The position numbers and the translations under genes were made by a program. A stretch of 64,000 nt of DNA, from the NCBI GenBank assembly GCA_951406725.2, contig OX597822.1:112344001-112408000 (forward strand), given 5' to 3'. The stretch's first letter is position 1; the number at the start of each line of letters is the position of its first letter. Source of the stretch: Octopus vulgaris. Taxonomy: Eukaryota. Positions 41,285 through 55,411 of this stretch are shown here, one piece after another. The notes beneath the pieces are model-generated. The model was given only the letters and a program-made list of their open reading frames with translations. It searched no databases and was not told the origin of the DNA.

Positions 41285-41983
41285 TCATGACTTTTGCTTC
41301 GGCTTTTTTTCCATGGGCGCATGTAAGTATTTCATTTATTTCTATTCATATTTTCTACTGAAGAGGAAAAAAATCTATTATGAGATTAATTCCGAAATTG
41401 ATTCAATAGAGAAATAACGAACTTTAAAAAAAATTTCTATTGGCTAGCTTTCCTCGATTTCAGCTCTTCGTGTTTTCTGCAGCGAGTAAATAATATGTGG
41501 AAATTGACGATTTAAAAGTCTGTTATCAGCATATTGGCATAGAAATAAATTTCTTTTGCCTTTGTTTATAAGTTGTTTATAATTTTAATCTTTAAAGGTA
41601 TTTTAATATGCTGCCACTTTTTTGATGAATATATACAGGCATACATACATATATATACATGCATACGTACATATTCGGCATAAACACTCTACCACTACAA
41701 CTAATAACTGTTGGGAACACTTTCAAACCTGCCTTACATTCGAACCGGAATCTCAAAAACATTGTCCCCTTACATCTCATTCTCATTTCATTCCCAACAC
41801 AGGGAAATAAAACTTATTTCTCTCTACGGGACAATGGATGATGGTAACAGATATTTACCACATGCTACCTTATCAAGTGAAGTATATTGTCATCCACTTC
41901 ACCTCTAACCTTCATAGCGTACGGACCATTCAAACGACCCCACACCACTATACCACCACTGATACCTTCATCCTTCTAGCTGT

Positions 41984-43852
41984 CTGCTTTCTTATGAGGT
42001 CAGGGGGCCAACGTCTTTCCAGGCCCTAAAAACCGTTCATGGACATGTCTGCACAACATACAGAGAAGCCTGCTATCGACAAGGTCTGTTAGAAGATGGT
42101 GCACAATGGGATGCAACTTTAGGAGAGGCTACTTTATCACAATCACCTAAAAGTCTCAGGGCACTATTTGCAGTATTACTACAGGCATGCGAACTGTGTG
42201 ATCCGGCCACTCTATGGCTCAAATATAGAGACAACCTGGCTGAAGACTTTCAGCGCCAAGCTCAACTGCTCTATCCTGACATGGAGGGTATCAGCAATGA
42301 AATCTATAACAAAACGCTCATTGACATTGAAGACAAAATTGCTAAACTGTGTGGAAATGAATTGTCGACGTATGGCCTGCCACAAGCATTCAGATCAGGG
42401 TCAAATAGCCTTCCAATTGCTGTCATTCGTGAAACAACCTACGACACTCAAGCGCTTTCAAAGTACATTGTTGAAAATGAGCCTAAATTACTTCCGGACC
42501 AGCTGCAGGCCTACAGAACTATTCTTAACAGTGTACGCCAACGCGAGGGACGAATCTTCTTCCTCGATGCTCCTGGAGGGACAGGAAAAACATTTATTAC
42601 AAAGCTTCTCCTTGCAGAAGTTAGGCAGCATCAGGACATTGCAGTAGCTGTAGCCTCCTCTGGCATTGCAGCTACTTTGTTACCCGGTGGCAGGACAGCA
42701 CACTCAACTTTTAAACTCCCTCTCAATTTAGCAGCATCTGAAATGCCTTCATGCAACATCAACAAAAGCTCAGATCAGGGACAAGTATTTAAAATGTGTC
42801 ATCTAATTGTCTGGGATGAGTGTACTATAGCTCACAAGGGAGCTTTGGAAGCATTAGATAGAGCCCTGAAAGACATCCGAGACTGTCAGGCTCCAATGGG
42901 AGGTGTAACGCTTCTGTTGTCAGGTGATTTCAGGCAAACTCTTCCTGTCATTCCGAAAGGCACTAGAGCAGATGAAGTCCAAGCATGCCTAAAGTCCTCT
43001 ACCCTGTGGCATCATGTTACAATCCTCAATCTCACCACTAACATGAGAGCTCAGCCACACGGCGACAAAATGTCCACAAAGTTTGCACAGGGCATTTTGA
43101 CACTTGGTGAAGGCAAGATGCTTCTCGATGCTGCAGGACAAATGGAAGTGTGGTCATTTTCCTCTGTTGTTAATTCTGTAGATGACCTCAAAAACAAAGT
43201 CTTTCCCAACTTCACACAAAACTACCAAAATCACAATTGGCTGTGTTAAAGAGCAATATTAGCTCCAAAAAACGTCGCTGTTAACAAAATTAATCAACAG
43301 TTAATGCATTCTCTTCCCGGCACTATACACACTTACAAGTCTGTTGATACAATTCCAGATATAAATGAAGTTGTGAACTATCCTCCTGAAATTCTCAATT
43401 CACTGGAGCCTCCTGGACTACCTCCACACATATTAGCACTTAAAGTTGGAACTCCTGTAATGCTACTCCGCAATCTGAAACCACCAAGACTTTGCAATGG
43501 AACACGACTGGTGATAAAGAAAATGATGTCACACGTTATCGAGGCGATCATTCTTTCTGGATGTGGAAAAGGTGATGACGTCTTTATTCCAAGAATTCCT
43601 CTTACTCCATCAGGAGCAGAAATTCCATTTACATTCAGAAGACTGCAATTCCCCCTTCGTGTCAGCTTTGCCATGTCCATTAACAAATCTCAGGGTCAAA
43701 CCCTCTCTGTAGCTGGTCTTCTCTTGGAAGAGCCCTGCTTCTCGCATGGGCAACTGTATGTTGGCTGCTCAAGAGTAGGAACCAAAAGAAACCTTTTTGT
43801 ATATGCTCCACAAGGAAAAACAAGGAACATTGTTTACAACGAGGTGTTATAA
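41984..43852 (+). pseudogene. Helitron RepHel reading frame, 5'-truncated, with a single in-frame stop at 43247-43249
   Basis: ORFs 42281-43249 and 43304-43852 are in the same frame. The sequence reads WLC*RAILAPKN, where ERAILAPKN is typical. Confidence 0.85.
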
Positions 43853-43932
43853 TCTCAACAGCCAGGAGGTATATACATGATCCCCTTTTTTTAACAAACT
43901 TCATGTACTTTCATGTATTTATATTAATATAA

Positions 43933-43970
<38 letters not shown>

Positions 43971-44044
43971 CCATATATATATATAACAGAAAAATCTAAC
44001 TCTTCAATTGAATGTAACCGGGCAACGCCGGGTATCTCTGCTAG
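41984..44044 (+). mobile_element. Helitron 3' half: Rep-helicase linker plus PIF1-like helicase, with intact 3' terminus
   Basis: Frame from ~41984 reads RGPTSFQALKTVHG..YREAC..GLLED..W. Walker A DAPGGTGKT, IVWDE, GDFRQ, LCNGTRL, QFPLRVSFAMSINKSQGQTL and HGQLYVGCSRV are present. Terminal hairpin accgggcaacgccgggt (44017-44033) followed by CTAG|T. Confidence 0.93.
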
Positions 44045-44326
44045 TATGTATATATATATTCGTCTAGTAGTGTTTATAACATACATACATACATACATAC
44101 TTACATACATGCACATATATATACTTATATGTATTCTTATATTTTATATACCTATCTATATAGCATTATATCTATACATGTATTTATCTATATATACGCG
44201 CGGCTGTGTGGTAAGAAGTTGGCTCCCCAACCACTTGGTACCAGGTTCAGTCCCACTGCATGTCACCTTGTGCAAATGTCTTCTACTATAGCTCCCGACC
44301 GACCACAGCTTTGTGAGTGTATGTGC

Positions 44327-44387
<61 letters not shown>

Positions 44388-44563
44388 GTAGGATAAAATA
44401 TTTTTCGAAAAAGATTTTATCAATGGCCAGCATATTAAAAAATACCTTTAAAGGTTAAATTTATAAACAATTCATAAAATAAGGGCAAACGAAAAAATTT
44501 CTAATGTCAAATATGCCGAAAATCTGGACATATTGTCCATTAACCATATAATTTTTTCACAAT

Positions 44564-44647
<84 letters not shown>

Positions 44648-44651
44648 CATA

Positions 44652-45513
44652 CAGGGTGCGATGAGTAAATTCTCGCCATTTTATATTTTTAATTTCGCGC
44701 TACCGCATTGTTTGCTTTTGATTTTGTTGACTACACAGTATAGTAGGGTCAATTGGGCACCGTCTGTGAGAAAAACAGCACCATGACGCAATTCATTCTG
44801 CCTGAAATTTGGAAGTGAATGCTGTATTGCTTGGCATTCGCGCCGGAAGCTCCAATACGAACATTGTAGAATGTTTGGGTGCCAATCTGAGGAGAGTGCA
44901 ATCTGAGGATTTGTATCGAGAATGATAAAAATCAAACATCCAGTCAATATCATGGTGTTTGGAGTGATCACTAGTGATGGCGACGTTCTGCTCCCATTCA
45001 TCTTTCCACACGGCCTGAGACTCAACACGGAGGCCTACATCAAGTGTCTGGAGGAGGTAGTGCTACCCTGGGTCAAGAGGGTGGTTGCTGGAAGACCCTA
45101 TGTCTGGAAACATGACTCTGTACCTTGCCACACAAACAGGAGAACCCAGTCATGGCTGTCAGGCAATTTCTGCGACCACATCACCCCTAACATCTGGCCA
45201 CCTAACTCCCCAGACTGTAACTCCCTTAATTATTATGTGTGGGGCACAGTTGAGCGAGAGACCAACAAAACCACCAAAGATGAACTGGAGGCAAGGATTA
45301 TTAAACAAGGGGACCGTCCAGAAGAGATGCTGGAGATTCCAAAGTAGCCTGGAGGCTGTGGTTGAAGCCAATGACGATTTTATTGAATAGATTTATTCTT
45401 TAGTATTTCGAGATATTTTAATGTAATTTTGGTAAATTTATCTGTTAAAATGAGATGTCTGTGTTATTTTTATTTTTGCGTAATTTAGACGACAATTTAT
45501 TCACCGCACCCTG
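44652..45513 (+). mobile_element. Internally deleted Tc1/mariner element of DD37D (maT)-like type
   Basis: TIRs ta|cagggtgcgatgagtaaatt ... aatttattcaccgcaccctg|ta. Peptide KHPVNIMVFGVITSDG...HDSVPCHT...WPPNSPDCNSLNYYVWG. Confidence 0.88.
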
Positions 45514-45521
45514 TATATATA

Positions 45522-45910
45522 CAGTAATCCCACGCCATATCGCGGTTCACATATCGCGGTTCACTTACTGCGGTTCACCTATCACGGTTCACCTATCGCA
45601 CTATATTATTTAAGCTCACGTCGATTCCTCTGTAGTGTTGTTTTGCATTTGTAATAAAATAAATATATACAAATAATAAAAATTAAAAAATGAGACCGAT
45701 AGAATAAGTACTACTAGGCTTAAAAAGAATAAGTCCTGGAGTCGATTTGTTCGACTAAAGGCGGTGCTCCAGTATGGCCACAGTCAAATGACTGAAATAA
45801 GTATAAAGTAAAAGTAAAAAAAAATGTACAGTGCCGTTTCTACTTCGCGAATTTTCACCTATCGCGGGGTGTTTTGGAACGTAGCACCCGCGATAGTCAA
45901 GGAATTACTG
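45522..45910. mobile_element. pogo/Tigger-like MITE with a nested SINE 3' fragment
   Basis: ta|cagtaatccc...ggaattactg|ta termini, subterminal tcgcggttcac repeats, SINE tail at ~45690-45820. Confidence 0.7.
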
Positions 45911-46090
45911 TAGATATATATATATATATATATCTATTACTACACAGGAGTGGTTGTGTGGTAAGTAGCTTGCTTACCAACCACATGGTTCCGGGTTCAT
46001 TTCCACTGTGTGGCACCCTGGGCAAGTAGCCTCGGGCCGACCAAAGCCTTGTGAGTGGATTTGGCAGACGGAAACTGAAAGAAGCCCGTC

Positions 46091-46198
<108 letters not shown>

Positions 46199-46417
46199 AT
46201 GTGTGTGTATATGTTTGTGTGTCTGTGTTTGTCCCCTCAACATCGCTTGACTACCGATGCTGGTGTGTTTACATCCCCGTAATCTAGCGGTTCGGCAAAA
46301 GAGACCGATAGAATAAATACTAGGCTTGCAAAGAATAAGTCCTGGGGTCGATTTGCTCGACTAAAGGCGGTGCTCAAGCATGGCCGCAGTCAAATGACTG
46401 AAACAAGTAAAAGAGTG

Positions 46418-46497
<80 letters not shown>

Positions 46498-46802
46498 CGT
46501 GTGTGGAGGCGCAGTGGCTAGGGCAGCGGACTCGAGGTTGTAGGATCGCGGTTTCGATTCCCAGACCGGGCGTTGTGAGTGTTTATTGATCGAAAACACC
46601 TAAAGCTCCACGAGGCTCCGGCAGGGGGTGATGGCGATCCCTGCTGTATTCTTTCGCCACAGCTTTCTCTCACACTTTCTTCTGTTGGCCTGCTCGCTCA
46701 GCCAGCGGGGTGGCGTCATTTGAAGGCTAAAACAATGCGAAGTGCATTGTGACCAGCGATGTGTAGCAACATCTGATAGCCTGGTCGGACACAGTAATTA
46801 CG

Positions 46803-46865
<63 letters not shown>

Positions 46866-46896
46866 ATATGTATATATATGTATATATATATATATG

Positions 46897-46930
<34 letters not shown>

Positions 46931-47197
46931 TGTATGTATGTATGTGTGTGTGTGTCTATTATCTATGCATGTATCTATAAGTGTTTGGCTTAAGGTTGGC
47001 GTTTGTCCTCCAACTGCTGTTGGTTTGCTTACGTCACCTTTATCTTCGCGGTTCGGCAAGAAAGACCGATAGAATAGGTATCAGGATTAAAACAATAAGT
47101 GGTAGGGCCGATTCGTCTCTAATCTCTAGGGCCGATTCGCCTCCAACACAGTGCTCCAGCCCAATGACAGAAAGAAGGAAAGACAAATCACACACAG

Positions 47198-47266
<69 letters not shown>

Positions 47267-47569
47267 TACATATTAGAGGGAAACCACTATGTGGACACGC
47301 TTATGCTAGAAATAGATCCGCTATGGTCTTACCACTAAGGAATCTATTTCTACCATAAGGGTGTCCACATAGTGGTTTCCCTCTAATATGTATATAATAC
47401 AATTTTTTCATATGCTAGACCACTGGTGTGAAATCGATGTTAATTAAATTAATATCTAATTTCTCACCCTCATCTTAAATTTAAATATAAACATACACAC
47501 ACATATATACACACACACACACACATATATACATATATATATAATATATACATATATATATATACATAC

Positions 47570-47685
<116 letters not shown>

Positions 47686-47719
47686 CATCATCATCATCAT
47701 CATCATCGTTTAACGTCCG

Positions 47720-47788
<69 letters not shown>

Positions 47789-47813
47789 CATCATCATCAT
47801 CGTTTAACGTCCG

Positions 47814-47848
<35 letters not shown>

Positions 47849-49779
47849 ACACGCACATACGCGCACATACACGGACACGCGTAGACTCATATACACACAT
47901 ATATACACACATATATACACACATATATACACACTGCTCCTTCTTCCAGCTGCTGTCGTGCAGTAGACTGTACTAACAACACCAGCTAAACAATCACCGG
48001 CGGTTGTGGTCGTCGCAGTATTACTCCCACTACTATGCGCCCCCTCCCTCCCCCTCCCCATCACCGTGACCACCACCACCTCCTACGACAAAAACAACGA
48101 AATCAAGGAGCATGCAATACGTAACCGCTCAGTCCGCTAAAAATAACAGCCAAATCTTGCATACTTTATTTACAGATGTCTTGCCAAAAAAAAAAAAAGA
48201 AGAAAAAAGAAGAAGAAAAGAATAACAATATTGTGGATGATATACAAAAAAGGCGAGATAGTCACAAGTGGAATGTCTTTGATCGTAGGTATGCTCAGTG
48301 TTGACCTGGGCTAAACGTTAAAAGCAGCCAGGCGACCGCTGTTGCTTTTCTTCCTTCCTGGTGTTCTAAACATGAGCCACCATCACAAACGGAAACGCCA
48401 TCGTACATCATTTTTATTGTGACGGTCGCCGTGGTCGTTGTCGTGGTCGCCTTGATCGCAGTCACCGTCATCATAATCATCATTACCAGCGTCATTATAA
48501 TAATTAATATGAGTAGTCATAGCGACGTTGTGAGGTGTGTGCGGCGGCTGTGTGATTGGGGAGGTCACATTGACAACACGGCCATAGTAGAAAGCGTATT
48601 GAAATTTATGTTTGAATGGAAATCGGGGAAAAAAATTTAAATATTGATTTTGTTTACGTACGAGATGGGTTGTTTCGGACTGAACCGAGAATGGATGGCA
48701 TGCATGCCTTTCTCAAGGGCTATAGCAGCGTAATTAAAATGGAAGATTAAACTAGGGTTTGAAAATGTGAGAGCGGGAAAGAGAGAAAAAGGGAGAGAGA
48801 GGGAGGGAGAGAGAGGGAAGGAGAGAGAGAAAGAGAGGGAGGGAGAGATAGAGATAGAGAGAGAATAGAAACGAGAAACAACTGTGGAAAATATCCCCGG
48901 TGGAGGTGGTCGCGGTGCGAGGCTGGCTGTTGCTAATTATCATCATTTTGAATAGGTAAATAGATAAGTGAATGGGTGGATGGCCACATGGATTGGTTAG
49001 TGGTGGGATGAATAGATTGACATAAAAAAAGACAGTTTGACATATAGATAGTTATGGACAGAGATAGTTATAGATAGACAGACAGACAGACAGACAAATA
49101 AATACATTGATACAGACGATGGCAATATTGTTGATACTAAAAGGGAAACAGAAAGAGAAAGGGAGAGAGAGAGGGGGAGGAAAAAGAAAGGGCGAGGGAG
49201 AGAAAGAGTGAGTGAGAGAAAGAGAGTGAGGTAATGAATGGAATTTAGAAGAATGGAGATAGAGAATAAATCGATTTAGAGAGGAGGAAAGAGATGGAGT
49301 ATGTCAGAAAGATGAGACAGGGAAAGAGAGAGAGAGAGGGAGAGAGGGAAAGAGAGAGAGACAGAGAAGGCAAGATAGAGAAGGAAAGAGAGAGAGACAG
49401 AGAAGGCAAGATAGAGAAAGAAAAAGAGAGGGAGAAGAATGAAAACGGAGAAAATGAAAGGAAAAGAAAGAGAGAATCAAATTTATTAATCTGAGATCGC
49501 TGAATTGGGTAGGTTGATGAATAACTGGCAAGATGGATATAGACAAAAAATAAAGTGACCAAGGGAGAGACCGAAAGAAAGAGAGAGAAGGGAGAGAGGA
49601 GAGGGGTAAAAAGAGAGAGAGAGAGAGAGAAAGATGGTAGAGGTGGAGCGAGCAAAGAGAAAGGGTAGAGGCAGCTGTTAGAGGATGAGTGACACTAGAT
49701 AGAAGATGAATGAAGCAGTGAGTGGAGAGTAAAATGAAAGCGAGGATGCAGATGAGGTAATGAACTGATTGATTCTGTT

Positions 49780-50008
49780 CGTCGATTGGCGTTCAACGTG
49801 TGCCTGCTACTGCCTCAACAGAACTTGCCTTCTGCCACCACTCCGTGTCGTTCGACTGCTACTGGCATCAGTGTTGTCTTAATAGATCTGAGAGCATCTG
49901 AGGAGACAGTCTAACAGAATAGAAAAAAGATGAAGCAGTTATGGCGATGATGTCATCATTTCATTCACTATGTTAATATAAACACATTCATTACATAGGA
50001 AAACGAAG
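49780..50008 (+). promoter_or_regulatory. Probable promoter and non-coding first exon of the p35 gene (intron 50009-51129)
   Basis: Unique sequence after a GA-rich tract. Reverse CCAAT (attgg, 49785), Inr-like tcagt (49868), strong donor AAG|GTAAGA at 50009, and matching polypyrimidine acceptor at 51129. Confidence 0.55.
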
Positions 50009-50320
50009 GTAAGAAAAACAAACAACAACCCTATATTTATGTCTGTGTTTTTTTTAATGAATTTCAACTGATATTAAATCGGTGAGAATGGATTAAGAAA
50101 AAAATATATGTGCAGTTGATCAAAATTTTCCACCGATGAAGAGCTTGGTTGGTGAAGTCTATGAGGAATTATTGCTGCTTAGACACGGAAATATGGTTCT
50201 GTAAAGGACTTCGATACTAAGGTTTGTATTCTTGACCTATTTACAGCATTGTTACTTTTACCTATCTCCCTCCATTCCTCTAAATCATCACCGTATTTTT
50301 ATTATTAAAAAGTAAAAGAA

Positions 50321-50376
<56 letters not shown>

Positions 50377-50607
50377 CATCATAACATCATCAGCTTCCTC
50401 CATTACCATCATTTTCCTTTTCATCTTCCACCATCATTCGTATTAACATTATTATCGTGTATTTATATGTAAGAGAGAATATATATGTGTGATAGAGAAT
50501 GTATGTTCGTCTTCGATGTTAATATTTGCATTTATTTGAACAATTAAACAGAATTTAAATGAGAAATCTCACATTTCTTTACATTTAACTGAAATATAAA
50601 TATATTT

Positions 50608-50678
<71 letters not shown>

Positions 50679-50713
50679 TTTTATATATGTATGTATGTAT
50701 GTATGCATGTGCA

Positions 50714-50788
<75 letters not shown>

Positions 50789-51164
50789 ATATATGTATAT
50801 ATGTATATGTATATATATCACCGAAAATAATGTCACAGTGAAGTTAAACTCGTTGAAGTGAAGTTATATTTTATAGAAATATCTAATTAGATAAAATCCA
50901 CAATAATTGTTACGTTTGTAGGCCATAATATAACTTATATCGCATTTTTATAGTGTTTGTTGCTCTCCTAATATGCATGTAACCATTTCACATTGTAATT
51001 GCTCCTGTTATATAAATGTAACCTTGTATATGTTCCTATGATATAACTATATGACCATTATATGACTTTATAGATAAAAGAAACCGATTTTACTCAGAAT
51101 TTTAATAGAATTCGTTTTAATTTTTCAAGTGGGATTATTATTCGCCTGACCAACACACTTCGAG

Positions 51165-52028
51165 ATGGGTACCGTTCTTTCATTCTCGCCGCGGCCGAGG
51201 AAACCTCTTTACGAGGACATCAATCTGAACAATTTTAACTATGAAATTCTCAACAATGTTAAAAACCAAGCAAGGGACAAAAATTTTAAGCGTCACTCGA
51301 TATTTTTGAGTGGCCTTAGCTGGAAGCGATTTACCGCCAGCACTAAGAAAAAAGAGAAAAACAATTTTGTTCGTTTCACGAACAATACTTTTATTCCGGC
51401 AAAGATCGACAACAATTTTAATCTAGAGAATGTAAATATTAATAAAAACATTCAAAAATCCATATCATGTTACAATCTCAAATCAGAAGCCGAAGAATCG
51501 CATCAACAACGTCTCAACCAAGTTACTAAACGTTTGGAGAAACTTGCCAGTCCAAAAAAGACAGTTATCCAAGCTTCGACTTCAGAATTGTTGAAGTGTC
51601 TTGGAGAATTTTTACGAAGACGCTGTCGACGACTGAAGAACTTTGAAGGCAACGAAGCAATAGTTTGGTTACGTACAGTTGACAAATCCCTGTTGATGCA
51701 GGGATGGCAAGATATCGGATTTATAAATCCTGCTAACGTTGTGTTTGTCTACATGCTCGTTCGAGAACTTGTTCAAAGCGACATCGACCGAGAGCACCAC
51801 CTTCAAGCAGTGGTACTAACATGCTTGTATCTGTCTTACTCTTACATGGGCAGCGAGATTAGTTATCCACTGAAACCCTTCCTTGTAGAAGACGATAAGG
51901 ACAAATTTTGGGACCGTTGCCTACTAATCGTTAATAAACTAAGCAAAGAAATGTTGCGCTTGAATAGTGACCCAAGTTACTTTACTGAGGTTTTCACTGA
52001 ACTAAAGGCATTCAGTCCGTGTATATGA
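51165..52028 (+). CDS. CDK5R1: Cyclin-dependent kinase 5 activator (p35/p25 family), single coding exon, 287 aa
   Basis: N-terminal MGTVLSFSP myristoylation-type start. C-terminal activator domain [17 protein letters not shown]...[16 protein letters not shown]...[11 protein letters not shown]...[24 protein letters not shown]...FWDRCL...DPSYFTEVF matches p35. Intact ORF with a splice acceptor (tttttcaag) ending at 51129, 35 nt upstream of the ATG. Confidence 0.97.
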   Translation: MGTVLSFSPRPRKPLYEDINLNNFNYEILNNVKNQARDKNFKRHSIFLSGLSWKRFTASTKKKEKNNFVRFTNNTFIPAKIDNNFNLENVNINKNIQKSISCYNLKSEAEESHQQRLNQVTKRLEKLASPKKTVIQASTSELLKCLGEFLRRRCRRLKNFEGNEAIVWLRTVDKSLLMQGWQDIGFINPANVVFVYMLVRELVQSDIDREHHLQAVVLTCLYLSYSYMGSEISYPLKPFLVEDDKDKFWDRCLLIVNKLSKEMLRLNSDPSYFTEVFTELKAFSPCI

Positions 52029-53526
52029 GTCAAATATTAACTTCTAGGAAATGACCAATACATAGACTGAAAAAGAACAAAAAATTGCTAACAGACATGC
52101 GATACAAGGGACATACATTCATTGGAACGCGGAAACAATTATATGAGAAAAATCAATTAAAAAAGTAATATATATAATATCAGAGACCAGTAGGACCCAT
52201 TATATTTGAAAGATCTAATTTAAACAAAAACATGAAAAAATATCAAAACAACATCAACACAAAAGAAATGTACGGGTGAGTGCGTACCAAGATTACTTGT
52301 ATTGGTGTCAATTTTATATATATATACACATATATAAAAGCAGGAGTTTTTTTCCATGCAACTATACAATATACATGAAAAATGCAGTGAAAAATGGTGA
52401 TATAAACGTTCATAACAAGATTTGAACATTCTGTATATGTTGTTAACAATAATTGAGCAACATACACATCCCTGTGGAACTAAAACTTCAACGCATACAT
52501 GCACATACACACACAAACCTACACGCAAACATCACTGTGGAACGAACTTCAACACTCACATTCGCATATTCGTAGACAGGTTGCAACTAAACTTGTAAAT
52601 ACATATATGACATAACATAACACAAAGTTAAAACATGCAACCATCTTAATTAGGTTTACACTAACCCTTAGACTCCTAGTTATGTTCCATTGAAAACCAT
52701 AGTCATTTGAAAGTTATCTATATAAAAAAAAAAATGTTCATAAGCATAATTCCAGGACTGATTGTCCAATCTACAAAATAGTTGAAAACATGACTACACA
52801 ACCACAGCTGAAGAAAGTTTTGTACCATTGAAAACCAGACCTAAATACACCTCTACCATAAATCTATTCATGATACATTCATTCATGACTAATTTTGAAC
52901 ACTTAGTCTTTAAGACTAAAACACGAAACACCCATGCAAAAACAGAAAAGAAAAAAGAATCAAAATCAAAATGTGTTTGTAAAAAGGTGTTTTTAATTTC
53001 CCTTGATGATGCCGAAAGCAGCGTCTATATTTTCTAAGAAATTCAAGTCTCTATGAGATGGACACAGCGGACGCTTTGACTATTGAAAACAATACCAAAA
53101 AAAAAAAAAAACAGAAAAGAAAATGAACGAAAAATCGTATGAATTAACCTTTCCTTCCTCCTTCCTTTCGTCTAAATATTTTTTGAGAAAAGTCATGTGG
53201 CAAGAATATACTAGCATACACATAAATACACCAACCCATCATGCGCATGAAAATACACCTAGATATCACAGGTTTATATACTTATATATATATATAAATA
53301 TAAATATATAGATAATATATATATATATATATATATTTATGTGTGTGTGTGAATGTAATTGCCAGAGTGTATGTGGTGTATATATGTGTATATATACAAG
53401 ACAAGAAGACATATAATTCAATGGTGATTGTACAAGAATACAGTTTCTCTGTTGGGCTAGTGAGATGGTAAATAAATAATCGCAGCGATGTATCTCTTCA
53501 TTCTGTTACTGCAGCAATCAACAGAA

Positions 53527-53618
<92 letters not shown>

Positions 53619-53861
53619 GCAGACACACACACACAGAGCTAAATTGCTGAGCAGTGGTTTATGTTTGTTTTAAAGCTTCTACAATTCTACAACAACTCTT
53701 ATCACGAGAAAACCAAGAGGGCTGCCACTTATACTACAGAAGGAGGAAGATCTAAAGTAATTGTCCATGTAAATGGTAAACTTTATTCTTGTGGCTTGAA
53801 AAAGGAAAATGTCTTCTCTTCTCTTTCAGAAACCACCTAAGATGAGACCTAACGAGTATGA

Positions 53862-53909
<48 letters not shown>

Positions 53910-54212
53910 TATATAAATGAATCCAGAAAAAAAATCAAAATTTGAAAACAAATTTATTTTCTTTGTTAATTTCTCAATTTTTTTTCTTGTCAGAAAAAAA
54001 AAAATGTTTTGCTTTGTGTTTAAAAAACGAAAGAAGATATATTTTGTGATTATTGATAACTATTTGCTAATTTTTGTTTATTTTTTAAAAAATATACCAT
54101 CTTGCTAAAAACGAAAAGTAACAAATATTAACAAATATTTAAACACACACACACACACACACACACATAACTGATCCATACACACACATACGTATATAAA
54201 TCAAAATGTATG

Positions 54213-54277
<65 letters not shown>

Positions 54278-55046
54278 TTTATGTATATATATATATATAT
54301 ATATGCATGTGTAATATATATGTATGTACGAATGTATGCATGTATATATATATACGCACACAGACACATGCATATATATTTGTGTATATTGGTATCCTCA
54401 TATGTATAAATTGTATGTATTTTGTGTGTAAAAATATACGTTTTATATAAAATATATATAGAATATAGAACTGCTTCAATGGGTCTCTTACGTAATTGGC
54501 AAGTTATATAGAAGAACTATTAAAGAGCTGAAACATATGAAGACGAAAAAGGAAGAACTGATTTTAAAATTCTGGGTGGTCGGTGGCAAAAGACTACGAT
54601 TAGACATATCGATAAGGTACTTAAGAAAAACTTAAAATTCCAATACAGTAATAGATAAGGGTGTAAATATTAAAGAAGATTAACAGACGTCATACATAAT
54701 TGGGTTGGTTGGTTGGTTGGTTGATTTGTAAAGATTACACTGTAAAAACAGGAAAAGGTATGCAAAACACAAAATGCAGCAATTTGACGATATATGATAT
54801 AAAGTATTACTCTGACTGTCAACACTACCCTCCCCCTTTTATTAACACCTATGCCTCACAACAACACCGGTGTCTAAAGACAACACCTGTACCTTACAGT
54901 CAACACATGTACCTCGTGACACTTGCACCTCACTGCAATTCTACAACCACGAACGATATATATATATATATATACTACCGCCAGTATTTCCCTTGCAACT
55001 TCTACTGCTGCTGCTTGTGCTGCTGCTGCTGCTACTACTACTACCA

Positions 55047-55127
<81 letters not shown>

Positions 55128-55338
55128 ATAATAATAATGATGATGATAATAATAATAATAATAATAACAATAACAATAACAACAACCACAGAAGCAACAA
55201 CAAAAACAACAACAACAATAATAATAATAAATGCAAACATGTCTACGATTAGTATCACCTTAGCACAAATATCACCACCACTATCGTCAGCAATACCAAT
55301 ACAACCAATACCAGCACCACAATCACCAACACCACAAA

Positions 55339-55411
<73 letters not shown>

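Noticed and set aside
42281-43852. Host PIF1 helicase gene
   Set aside because: Intronless, with an internal stop, an upstream Helitron linker motif and a Helitron 3' terminus.
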